DNA of 25,299 nucleotides from a virus: IMG/VR virus record IMGVR_UViG_3300012016_000039, positions 1 to 25,299 of that record; one strand, 5' to 3'. Shown piece by piece: positions 14,694 to 22,104 of this stretch (position 1 is its first letter; each line of letters starts with the position of its first letter). The notes under the pieces were generated by a model. It saw only the letters and a program-made list of their open reading frames with translations, ran no database searches and was not told where the DNA came from. The position numbers and the translations under genes were made by a program.

Positions 14694-15539
14694 ATGGGAG
14701 TACAACCAGAATCACGTGCAATACTTGGGCATTTATTAAATGTTTCAATGCCATTTTCAAAGGATGATAATGATAGAGTTTGGGCACTTATTTGTAACAC
14801 TGAGGAACTTGAAGAGTCTTTCGACCCAGACACTGAGGAATTACATTATATTTGTGAAACTACTACAACCACAACGCTTAAAGCATATAACATATCAATG
14901 GAACTTAATATGTTATATCAGAAAGACAACAGGATTCAAGATTACTATAATATAATGTTGCGTACAATGCCGGTTGGAGCAGACAATAGAACTGAATATA
15001 TAAGATTCAATAAAGATGAAACTATTTTTAACACGAATAATCAATTTATTGGTGTTAGACGTGATGCAACTGTTTATTTAAGTTCAATTGGAGGAGCAGC
15101 TGACGATAATGGTTTGCAAGCTTCTATGACTATAAATGGAGAAGGTGAAGGCGAGGTAGGATATGTAACAGTTACAAATACCGGTAATATAACAACTTAT
15201 TCATGGACACCAGCAAATACGAAGATACCCTACATTAAGACTATTGGTGGTGTATCGCAGGCAGGATATTATCCAGGAGTTAGTGCTACATTATCAACTA
15301 ATAGTTTAGTGATAACAGGTTCTGGAGGGATTCCTAATGGGACGATCACAGCACTCACGGAAAGTGGCACAACATTAACCGGAAACACTGCAACCGTTAG
15401 TGCAAATGGCACTTGGACTATGTCACTTGGTGGTTTAACTGCCGATAATACTTATAATCTTGCTTTCAAACAAACTGTAAATGAAGTTGATTCTGTAACT
15501 ACTAAAGCATATACAGTTAAAGTCATCGCTGGGTCTTAA
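14694..15539 (+). CDS. Major tail (tube) protein with C-terminal Ig-like extension
   Basis: EELEESFDPDTEE.HYICE...T..KAYN tube-protein motif; Gly/Thr-rich beta extension of about 105 aa. Confidence 0.78.
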   Translation: MGVQPESRAILGHLLNVSMPFSKDDNDRVWALICNTEELEESFDPDTEELHYICETTTTTTLKAYNISMELNMLYQKDNRIQDYYNIMLRTMPVGADNRTEYIRFNKDETIFNTNNQFIGVRRDATVYLSSIGGAADDNGLQASMTINGEGEGEVGYVTVTNTGNITTYSWTPANTKIPYIKTIGGVSQAGYYPGVSATLSTNSLVITGSGGIPNGTITALTESGTTLTGNTATVSANGTWTMSLGGLTADNTYNLAFKQTVNEVDSVTTKAYTVKVIAGS

Positions 15540-15550
15540 TTGAATAAGAT

Positions 15551-15581
15551 AAAAAGATAGCCGCGTTTTGCGGCTATTTTT
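15551..15581 (+). terminator. Intrinsic (possibly bidirectional) terminator after the major tail gene
   Basis: ATAGCCGC-GTTTT-GCGGCTAT stem, T-run downstream and A-run upstream. Confidence 0.75.
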
Positions 15582-15606
15582 AAATTTTCCCTAATTTGAG
15601 GCTTAT

Positions 15607-15879
15607 ATGACAATAAAAGAGATGCAGTCATCTTTTTTTGATAAGAAACATTGGAAATGTATAGGATTCCCATGGAATAATTATAAAAGTAACATGAACT
15701 TTTTAAAGGTTGTTAACCCAACAAAATATGAAAAAATATTAGAAGACAAAAGAGAACGTAACAAAAGATATGAACAAAAACACCCTGAAAAGGTTAAAGA
15801 GAGCAAGAGAAAGTATTACCACGCACATAAAAATGAACTAACAAAAATTGAAAAAGAGATGATGGAGTATTTTAAATGA
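15607..15879 (+). CDS. Hypothetical basic protein (90 aa)
   Basis: ORF overlaps the tape measure start (ATGA); Lys/Glu-rich. Confidence 0.55.
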   Translation: MTIKEMQSSFFDKKHWKCIGFPWNNYKSNMNFLKVVNPTKYEKILEDKRERNKRYEQKHPEKVKESKRKYYHAHKNELTKIEKEMMEYFK

Positions 15880-17684
15880 GTGACAAAATTGTAATTGGAA
15901 TTGATATTGAGTCAAATGAGGCAGAAAAAAAATATCAGAATTTAATAAACAAACTTGCTGACAAAAAAATCGAATTACAATTTAATAATAAGAATATTCA
16001 AGAAGCTCTTAGCTCTATCAATGATATACAAAAAGTAATGTCACAAGTAAATGCCAATTTAAAAGATACCCCTGAATATTCTAAGTTAGTAAAAAGTCTT
16101 GAAGAAGCGAAGGGACGTTATCAAGAATTAATAAAAACAGATATTATTTTAAGAGAAGAGATACATAAAACAAAAATTGAACTTTCAAGTGGCTTTAAAA
16201 AAGGGATTGATAGCGCCATAACTTCTTTAAAGACTGCATCGGCACTAACTAGCGCATGGGGGCGGCGTATTTTTTCATTACTTAAAAGCGCATTTGTATT
16301 TAATATTATTTCACGATCTTTTCGGGGGATATCGACATTACTTGGAAATTTAATAAAGCGTGATACAAAATTTGCAAGTACATTATTGATAGTAAAGGCA
16401 AATCTTATACGAGCATTTGCACCAATATTCCAGGTTATACTTCCATGGATCAGGGCGCTAGGGCGTGGACTTATTTGGATTACAAACCTTATTATTAAAC
16501 TAATTAACTTTTTAGCTGGTGGAGAACTTATAAAACCGATTGAAAGTGTAAAAGAAGCACAAAAAACAGTACAAGATTTTTATAAGATTGCAAGCCCAAA
16601 AAAGAGTATGTTTAACCTTGAAAAGCCAGCAAAACAGACAAAAAGAATAAAAGATAATGTTAAAAAAACAAAAAAAGAGGTAAAACAGACTAGAGAATTA
16701 TTAGCAAGTTTTGATAAATTAGAAGTATTAAAAGAAGACAGTTTGAAAGCACTTGAAGCTTTAGCTAATGATCCTTCAATTGATGTGAACGTTAATGGCC
16801 TTGATGACATTAAAGATATGGAGGTTAATTTAGAACCGGAGATTGATGAAGAGTCTGTAGAATCTCAAATAACGAATGCACTTAGTCAAATGGAAATGCC
16901 ACCACTAGATTTTACTATAGATGAAGATGCACTCAAACAAGATATTAATGGTCTTCAGTTACCAACACTCGACTTTAAAATAAATTACGATGATGAAAAA
17001 ATGCAAAACTTGTCAAGGGCCTTGACTATTATAAGGGACGTTGTTATAGGGATTGGAGTAGCAATTGCAACGTATAAAATCATAAAAAACATATCTAATT
17101 TAGTCTCAATTGGTACTGCAATGGTAAGCCCAACAGGATGGATCTCATTAGCCGCTGGCGCTTTAGCATTAATTGTTTTGCATTTTGAAGATATTGTAAA
17201 ATGGTGCAAAGAAATAGCAAATTATTGGGGGCCTAGGCTTCAAGATTTTTTTGATAATGTAAAAAAGAAAATTGGGGAATGGATGGAGCCACTAAAAAAG
17301 TTCATACAGTTTCTTGTTGATGGAATAGGTTGGGCATTTGGGCAATTAAAAGAAGGATTAGGGTTCATAGCACCCAATTTATCGAATCTTTCACCTAATT
17401 TCAAAGGTAAGATACCTGGGCTTGCACAAGGAGCGGTTTTAAATGGTGGGGACCCATTCTTAGCTTTTCTAAATGATCAACCACGAGGACAAACAAATAT
17501 TGAAACGCCTTTATCAACAATGGTACAAGCGTTTAAAACAGCGATCTATGAAACTGGGTTAGATTCTGGTACTACCGTAAACATTCGTGCATCAGGTGCA
17601 ATGGGCGAACTTATAAGAAGACTAAACTTGGAACTTGATGATGAAAAAGAACGTGTTGGTAAATCGATGATAAAATTAATATAA
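15876..17684 (+). CDS. Tape measure protein
   Basis: Helical coiled-coil N-terminus, LASFDKLEVL, hydrophobic W-rich repeats, C-terminal IPGLAQGAV...DQ..GQTNIETPL motif; 602 aa. Confidence 0.82.
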   Translation: MSDKIVIGIDIESNEAEKKYQNLINKLADKKIELQFNNKNIQEALSSINDIQKVMSQVNANLKDTPEYSKLVKSLEEAKGRYQELIKTDIILREEIHKTKIELSSGFKKGIDSAITSLKTASALTSAWGRRIFSLLKSAFVFNIISRSFRGISTLLGNLIKRDTKFASTLLIVKANLIRAFAPIFQVILPWIRALGRGLIWITNLIIKLINFLAGGELIKPIESVKEAQKTVQDFYKIASPKKSMFNLEKPAKQTKRIKDNVKKTKKEVKQTRELLASFDKLEVLKEDSLKALEALANDPSIDVNVNGLDDIKDMEVNLEPEIDEESVESQITNALSQMEMPPLDFTIDEDALKQDINGLQLPTLDFKINYDDEKMQNLSRALTIIRDVVIGIGVAIATYKIIKNISNLVSIGTAMVSPTGWISLAAGALALIVLHFEDIVKWCKEIANYWGPRLQDFFDNVKKKIGEWMEPLKKFIQFLVDGIGWAFGQLKEGLGFIAPNLSNLSPNFKGKIPGLAQGAVLNGGDPFLAFLNDQPRGQTNIETPLSTMVQAFKTAIYETGLDSGTTVNIRASGAMGELIRRLNLELDDEKERVGKSMIKLI

Positions 17685-17700
17685 TTGAGGTGATTAATTA

Positions 17701-18093
17701 ATGGCGCAATTTATAAATGGTAATGATACATTATTGATAGATGGGGAACCTTTTGGAGTTGGTCTTGTACAAATTACGAGGCATGCTGATGTATTAGATA
17801 AATATGCGCTAAGGACAATTGACGGTGATTTAAGGCGTGAGATACTCGGCATTTATTTTAATTATGAACTGACATTTGGTACTTTTTATGATATGGAACA
17901 ATATGATAGGCTTTTTCAAAAATTGACTGAAAAGAAAGAGTTTCATATGATAACAATACCTACAAATACAGGATTTGATACGTATAAGGGGTATATTTCA
18001 AAGGTAAGAGATATAATCGAATATGTAAATGGAGAGGAACGAATAATAAGGGGATTGTCTTGTAGTATGGTTTCAAAAAAACCAACGAGGTAA
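17701..18093 (+). CDS. Distal tail / baseplate-type protein
   Basis: Follows the tape measure gene; RTIDGDLRREILGIYFNYELTFG...GYIS.V.D pattern. Confidence 0.6.
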   Translation: MAQFINGNDTLLIDGEPFGVGLVQITRHADVLDKYALRTIDGDLRREILGIYFNYELTFGTFYDMEQYDRLFQKLTEKKEFHMITIPTNTGFDTYKGYISKVRDIIEYVNGEERIIRGLSCSMVSKKPTR

Positions 18094-18096
18094 AAT

Positions 18097-18474
18097 ATGA
18101 GACAAGTTGTATATAGTACAGTTATAAGAAATATATCAAATCAAATGAGGAAGTCACTCGCAAATAAAGTACTAAATGATTCAAGAATCTATGTACCACG
18201 AGACACTGGTCGTCTTGAAGCGAGTGGATATATAACAAAAGATTCAAGATACATAATATATGAAACACCATATGCAAGATATCAATGGTATGGCAAATTA
18301 ATGTTAACTAGAGACGGAAGGGCTTGGGCGAGGAGAGGTGAAAGAAAATATCTTACCAATCGAAATTTAAACTATAACCGTAGCAAAAATCCAAAAGCAG
18401 GTGCTTTGTGGGTAAAGAGGTGTGTGGATGATAATAAACAAAAATGGATTAGGGAGCTTCAGGAGGAAGTATGA
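18097..18474 (+). CDS. Neck / 'minor capsid' protein (A118 gp10-like)
   Basis: YVPRDTGRLEASG...YETPYARYQWYG...NP.AG..W motif. Confidence 0.8.
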   Translation: MRQVVYSTVIRNISNQMRKSLANKVLNDSRIYVPRDTGRLEASGYITKDSRYIIYETPYARYQWYGKLMLTRDGRAWARRGERKYLTNRNLNYNRSKNPKAGALWVKRCVDDNKQKWIRELQEEV

Positions 18475-18953
18475 TGATAAATAGCCCTATTTATGTGATA
18501 TATTCACGAATTTTAGATCTTATAAACGAATGTCCATTTATACCAGAACAAATTAAACAAACTGGTGGCGTAATGTTATGTGAAACCAACGAACGCAAAA
18601 CCGGTATGAGTGTATTATTATCTGTTAATTCGTCATCAATAAAGACTTTAGTGTGTGGTGAGATTGAGTGCATTGTAGATATTATTTTTTATTATCGTGG
18701 TTTATTTGTAGGAAATGAGCCGAAATTAGATGCAATTAATTTAGTATCTTCAATTGGATATTGGCTCGAAGGTGCCGAAATATCTTATGAGGGCGAAGAA
18801 ACAAGTATTCTTGACTATTATCCAATTCAATTTAATAGTGGTGAGATAGTAAGGATGCAAATTAGTGAACATGCACATATATCTAGACGTTTTGAAGATG
18901 ATTTTTTTCAGGTAGAACAAACAGTGCAAGCAATTACAAGATTTGCAAGTTGA
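18471..18953 (+). CDS. Probable tail-terminator / neck protein
   Basis: 160 aa, overlaps the previous gene; position and size only. Confidence 0.5.
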   Translation: MMINSPIYVIYSRILDLINECPFIPEQIKQTGGVMLCETNERKTGMSVLLSVNSSSIKTLVCGEIECIVDIIFYYRGLFVGNEPKLDAINLVSSIGYWLEGAEISYEGEETSILDYYPIQFNSGEIVRMQISEHAHISRRFEDDFFQVEQTVQAITRFAS

Positions 18954-18983
18954 CAAAAATTAAAAAAGAGGTATAATAGTAGC
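18950..18983 (+). repeat. Promoter repeat copy 3
   Basis: 33/34 identical to 3330-3363; its TTGACA contains the TGA stop of the upstream gene. Confidence 0.88.
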
Positions 18984-19060
18984 GTAGTCCACTTGACGGG
19001 CTATTGCTTATAATTGATAATTACAATAATAACCGTGTCATCAGCACGGTTGTTTTTTTT
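18981..19060 (+). ncRNA. sRNA S12, family B putative antitoxin (cognate of T8)
   Basis: AGCGTAGTCC...GGGCT hairpin; AACCGTG...CACGGTT-G-T8 terminator. Confidence 0.72.
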
Positions 19061-19123
19061 ATACTCTAACAACTGAAAGATCAAAGAAATCAAATCAATC
19101 AAAAGAATAATAAATTCCAACAT
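19001..19123 (-). CDS. T8 small hydrophobic peptide, putative type I toxin (MLEFIILLIDLISLIFQLLEYKKNNRADDTVIIVIINYKQ, 40 aa)
   Basis: Manual translation; SD GGGGGTGA; -10 TATTAT at 19201-19206 (-). Confidence 0.75.
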   Translation of the reverse strand: MLEFIILLIDLISLIFQLLEYKKNNRADDTVIIVIINYKQ

Positions 19124-19211
19124 TCTATCACCCCCAACCTCATACGATACCCGTAAGGATTAGAAGCAATGAACCCGTACTTTCAGACTACGCTAAAGAC
19201 ATAATAAACTA

Positions 19212-19245
19212 TTGACAAAAATTAAAAAAGAGGTATAATAATAGC
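19212..19245 (+). repeat. Promoter repeat copy 4
   Basis: TTGACAAAAATTAAAAAAGAGGTATAATAATAGC. Confidence 0.88.
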
Positions 19246-19328
19246 AGGATACCGCAAAAGCGGTTAGTCCGTATAGTGTAAGAATGAAATTAACTGTCTA
19301 TTCTCTAACTATAGGCAGTTATTTTTTT
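19243..19328 (+). ncRNA. sRNA S13, family A putative antitoxin (cognate of T9)
   Basis: ACCGC-AAAA-GCGGT hairpin; TAACTGTCTAT...ATAGGCAGTTA-T7 terminator. Confidence 0.72.
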
Positions 19329-19384
19329 ATTATCTTATAGATAATTATCAATATAAAAAAAATAATTAATAAATCTATATTCAT
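19319..19384 (-). CDS. T9 small hydrophobic peptide, putative type I toxin (MNIDLLIIFFILIIIYKIIKK, 21 aa)
   Basis: Manual translation; SD AGGAGGTGA within the CTCCTTTTAAAGGAG stem. Confidence 0.75.
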   Translation of the reverse strand: MNIDLLIIFFILIIIYKIIKK

Positions 19385-19511
19385 AAAATCACCTCCTTTA
19401 AAAGGAGAGTGACTAACCGCCTCGGACACCCTGCTTATTTCATAATAAACTATTGACAAATTAATTGAAAGTGGTATAATATATAGTATAAAGGGTAATA
19501 GGAGGTATTAT

Positions 19512-19640
19512 ATGACATATGAACTAATAAAGAAGAACTTTGATAGAGGGCTGTGGAATGAAAAACAGTTAGAGCTAGCAAAGACAAGAGGTTTTATTAC
19601 GGAGAAACAATATAAAGAAATAATAAGTAGTAAAAAATAA
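19512..19640 (+). CDS. xkdX: XkdX-family small phage protein (MTYELIKKNFDRGLWNEKQLELAKTRGFITEKQYKEIISSKK)
   Basis: 42 aa, missed by the track; IK..FD.GLW...Q...A...G.IT..QYKEI pattern; SD GGAGG; promoter TTGACA(19453)-16-TATAAT(19475). Confidence 0.8.
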   Translation: MTYELIKKNFDRGLWNEKQLELAKTRGFITEKQYKEIISSKK

Positions 19641-19643
19641 ATT

Positions 19644-19674
19644 AGTCCCACGCTTTCTTGCGTGGGAATTTTTT
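19644..19674 (+). terminator. Intrinsic terminator between convergent genes
   Basis: TCCCACGC-TTTCTT-GCGTGGGA stem plus T-run. Confidence 0.75.
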
Positions 19675-20257
19675 ATGCCGAGCGGTTGTACGATGGCATC
19701 CAGTCATCCGGTCCATTAAGGTCTTCATAAAATTCTATAAATTCATTTACCCTGTCAATTGTTAATTTATCAAGTTCATAATATTGAATATTCATAGTCA
19801 TATCATGTCTAAATTTCATCCCATGAGATACCATAAATTCTTTAATTTCTTTTTTAATTCTTTTTCGTTCACTACTTAGAGTAAAATCTTCATCATTTAG
19901 ACTAGACCTGGGGATTTTACAATCATAAGGCATAGTAGAGATGATTCTTTGAATTGAGCGCAAATAGTCCGTTTTTTCTATTTCATTTAATTTTGGATTA
20001 TTATCAATTATTAACGAACAGATTTTTTCATATATCGCCAATTCTTCTTTTGTCGCGTCCAACAAAACTAGAGCTTGATATTCACCATATTCCCTATTAG
20101 GGTCTCTAAGGACTTCAGTTAGCCATTTCGTGTGTCTTTCATACCTTTGTCTATGATATACCGTCCGAGGTGAATTAACATCTTTATACACATAAACACC
20201 AATAGATGAAAGAAATAAACCAGAACCAATTAAATAACACATAAGTCCATTAGTCAT
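19673..20257 (-). CDS. Hypothetical protein with N-terminal membrane anchor (cargo)
   Basis: 194 aa; hydrophobic LMCYLIGSGLFLSSIGVYVY; overlaps the stop of the upstream gene by 8 nt. Confidence 0.6.
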   Translation of the reverse strand: MTNGLMCYLIGSGLFLSSIGVYVYKDVNSPRTVYHRQRYERHTKWLTEVLRDPNREYGEYQALVLLDATKEELAIYEKICSLIIDNNPKLNEIEKTDYLRSIQRIISTMPYDCKIPRSSLNDEDFTLSSERKRIKKEIKEFMVSHGMKFRHDMTMNIQYYELDKLTIDRVNEFIEFYEDLNGPDDWMPSYNRSA

Positions 20258-21602
20258 GTGGCAACTCCTTAATATTATTTATATCATCTTTCATGTTTTT
20301 TGCAAATCTTTTAGAAATAGTTAAAGCGTCTTTCAGTTGCATTATAGTTTCACGATAACGTTCCCCACTATTTCTGACTGTTGGGCTCATAGCATTAGGG
20401 ATTTTATGGAAATAGAGGAAAGATTGCTGAGGCTCACTAAACCTATTAGCAAGGGCCAATCCAGGGATCCAAGTATTTAAATTTCTTCTATCAATTGCGC
20501 ACACCAAAACATTAGCATCTAATACTTTATCAGTTTCATCTATTATTTGTGAATATAAGTCTCTAAGGGCTTGTTCGGTACAATCAACTCTTTGCTTAGT
20601 AAGTTGAACACTCAAATCAAAATTACCATCAGAATTAAGTGAATTTTTTGAATTTTTTGCAAGGCCCCAGATTATATTATCTTTTACACCAGTAAGTATT
20701 TGTCGCCCGGCAATACTAGTGGCCAAAACAGCACCTTTCTTCATAGCAAGTGATGGGCATTTAACACCAATAGATTTAAGCCATGAGCCAAGAGCCTCCA
20801 AAACTTCAGGAGCGATTTTATAAGCACCATTTACTAATTTACCACCAAATGTGCGAATATTATTATACCCTAATTTCTCAGCAGTTTTTTTTGAAACAAA
20901 CGTTGTACCATTTTTTGCCCAAAAGGATTTAGTAGCACTCGTAGCGCAACGAGTTGCCCCACCAGATGCGCAACCGAACGGTACGAACATTACAACCAAT
21001 GATATAATATCAAAAATATCCCAAGCAACTCCCCAATAACTTCGTTCAAGTGCCATTGAGACGGTAAACATTGAAGCTACTACAGCATTTGCAATATCAA
21101 TAGCGTGGTGACTTTTGAAATTACCATATCCATAAAGGCCCCTACCTAAACTTGTAATGGAAGGTTTAATTGAAATTTCTTCACTTACGTCCGCTAAAAA
21201 ATTTCGCAAACGTTCATCTTCGTCCTTACCTTTTATTTCATAATTTCCACTATAAATAGCTTCAGCGTATTTTCTAAGAATATCCATAGTGTTTTGAATA
21301 GCCTCAAGATAATTTGGAATAATTCCCTTATTCGAATCAAAAGCACTATGCACATTATGAAGTGTTATAGTTCTTAGCTCATCATACAAGAAAAAATCTT
21401 CCTTACGAGTGTACGAAACATTAGTCGACGATAAATCGTGAATTTTATTATATTCTATTTCTTGATCCAAATATTTTTTTACTAATTCAGGATGTTCCTT
21501 TAAAGGATCAAGATTACCAGCGAAAGAAACGTTACTATTGAAAAACAAAGCTCCAACCCCAAGTATACAGCTCAACATTTTTTTAAAATGTCTATTAATC
21601 AT
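20250..21602 (-). CDS. Hypothetical secreted protein (cargo, about 450 aa)
   Basis: ATG 21602 with SD GAAGGAG; signal-peptide-like MINRHFKKMLSCILGVGALFFNSNVSFA; central hydrophobic Gly/Ala/Cys-rich segment. Confidence 0.65.
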   Translation of the reverse strand: MINRHFKKMLSCILGVGALFFNSNVSFAGNLDPLKEHPELVKKYLDQEIEYNKIHDLSSTNVSYTRKEDFFLYDELRTITLHNVHSAFDSNKGIIPNYLEAIQNTMDILRKYAEAIYSGNYEIKGKDEDERLRNFLADVSEEISIKPSITSLGRGLYGYGNFKSHHAIDIANAVVASMFTVSMALERSYWGVAWDIFDIISLVVMFVPFGCASGGATRCATSATKSFWAKNGTTFVSKKTAEKLGYNNIRTFGGKLVNGAYKIAPEVLEALGSWLKSIGVKCPSLAMKKGAVLATSIAGRQILTGVKDNIIWGLAKNSKNSLNSDGNFDLSVQLTKQRVDCTEQALRDLYSQIIDETDKVLDANVLVCAIDRRNLNTWIPGLALANRFSEPQQSFLYFHKIPNAMSPTVRNSGERYRETIMQLKDALTISKRFAKNMKDDINNIKELPHD

Positions 21603-21804
21603 AAAAACTCCTTCAAGTGCAAATCGCACATATTTATAAGATGAGAATATATTAAACACAAAATATAAAAAGTTGTCAAGACCTATAATTAATGCAGTAG
21701 ATTTTCAAACAGTTGGGGAATATAATGCTTTAAGGTATGGTTTATTGAAGTGCGGGTCGTTTTTCTTTTTTGAGAAGGTTTATCGCAAGAAAGGAGGCGA
21801 TAAA

Positions 21805-21933
21805 ATGTTTGATTTGATATTCGATATTTTGATCATATTGATTGAGATAATTCAATTAATACTTCAAATAAAAGAATACAAAAATAACAACCGCACCTGC
21901 AATGTGGTTGTTATAATTAATATCAAAAACTAA
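21805..21933 (+). CDS. T10 small hydrophobic peptide, putative type I toxin (MFDLIFDILIILIEIIQLILQIKEYKNNNRTCNVVVIINIKN, 42 aa)
   Basis: Internal ATG of track ORF 21673-21933; SD AGGAGG; TATAAT at 21721-21726. Confidence 0.78.
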   Translation: MFDLIFDILIILIEIIQLILQIKEYKNNNRTCNVVVIINIKN

Positions 21934-21963
21934 ATATAACGACTCGCATAATGAGCCATACCT
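21880..21963 (-). ncRNA. sRNA S14, family B putative antitoxin (cognate of T10)
   Basis: TGATATAAT (-) with hexamer at 21966-21971; GCTC...GAGT hairpin, GTTATA/TATAAC stem, AACAACCAC...GCGGTTGTT terminator. Confidence 0.72.
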
Positions 21964-21981
21964 TAATTATATCATAGAACC

Positions 21982-22066
21982 AAAAAAAAACAACCGCACC
22001 GGTAATGTGGTTGTTATTATAATCATAGATTAAAAACAATAACGACCCGTACAATAGGCCATACCT
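21982..22066 (-). ncRNA. sRNA S15, family B orphan in tandem with S14
   Basis: TTGACT(22098)-18-TACAAT(22074); same layout as S14; T9 terminator tail; antisense frame KNNRTGNVVVIIIID* without a toxin 5' half. Confidence 0.7.
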
Positions 22067-22104
22067 CAATTGTAGAATGAAAAAGATAAAAAAGTCAATA
22101 GATC

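Noticed and set aside
21673-21804. N-terminal extensions of track ORFs 21673-21933 and 3819-4010
   Set aside because: The extensions are the toxin promoter and leader; strong SDs sit before the internal ATGs (21805, 3944)
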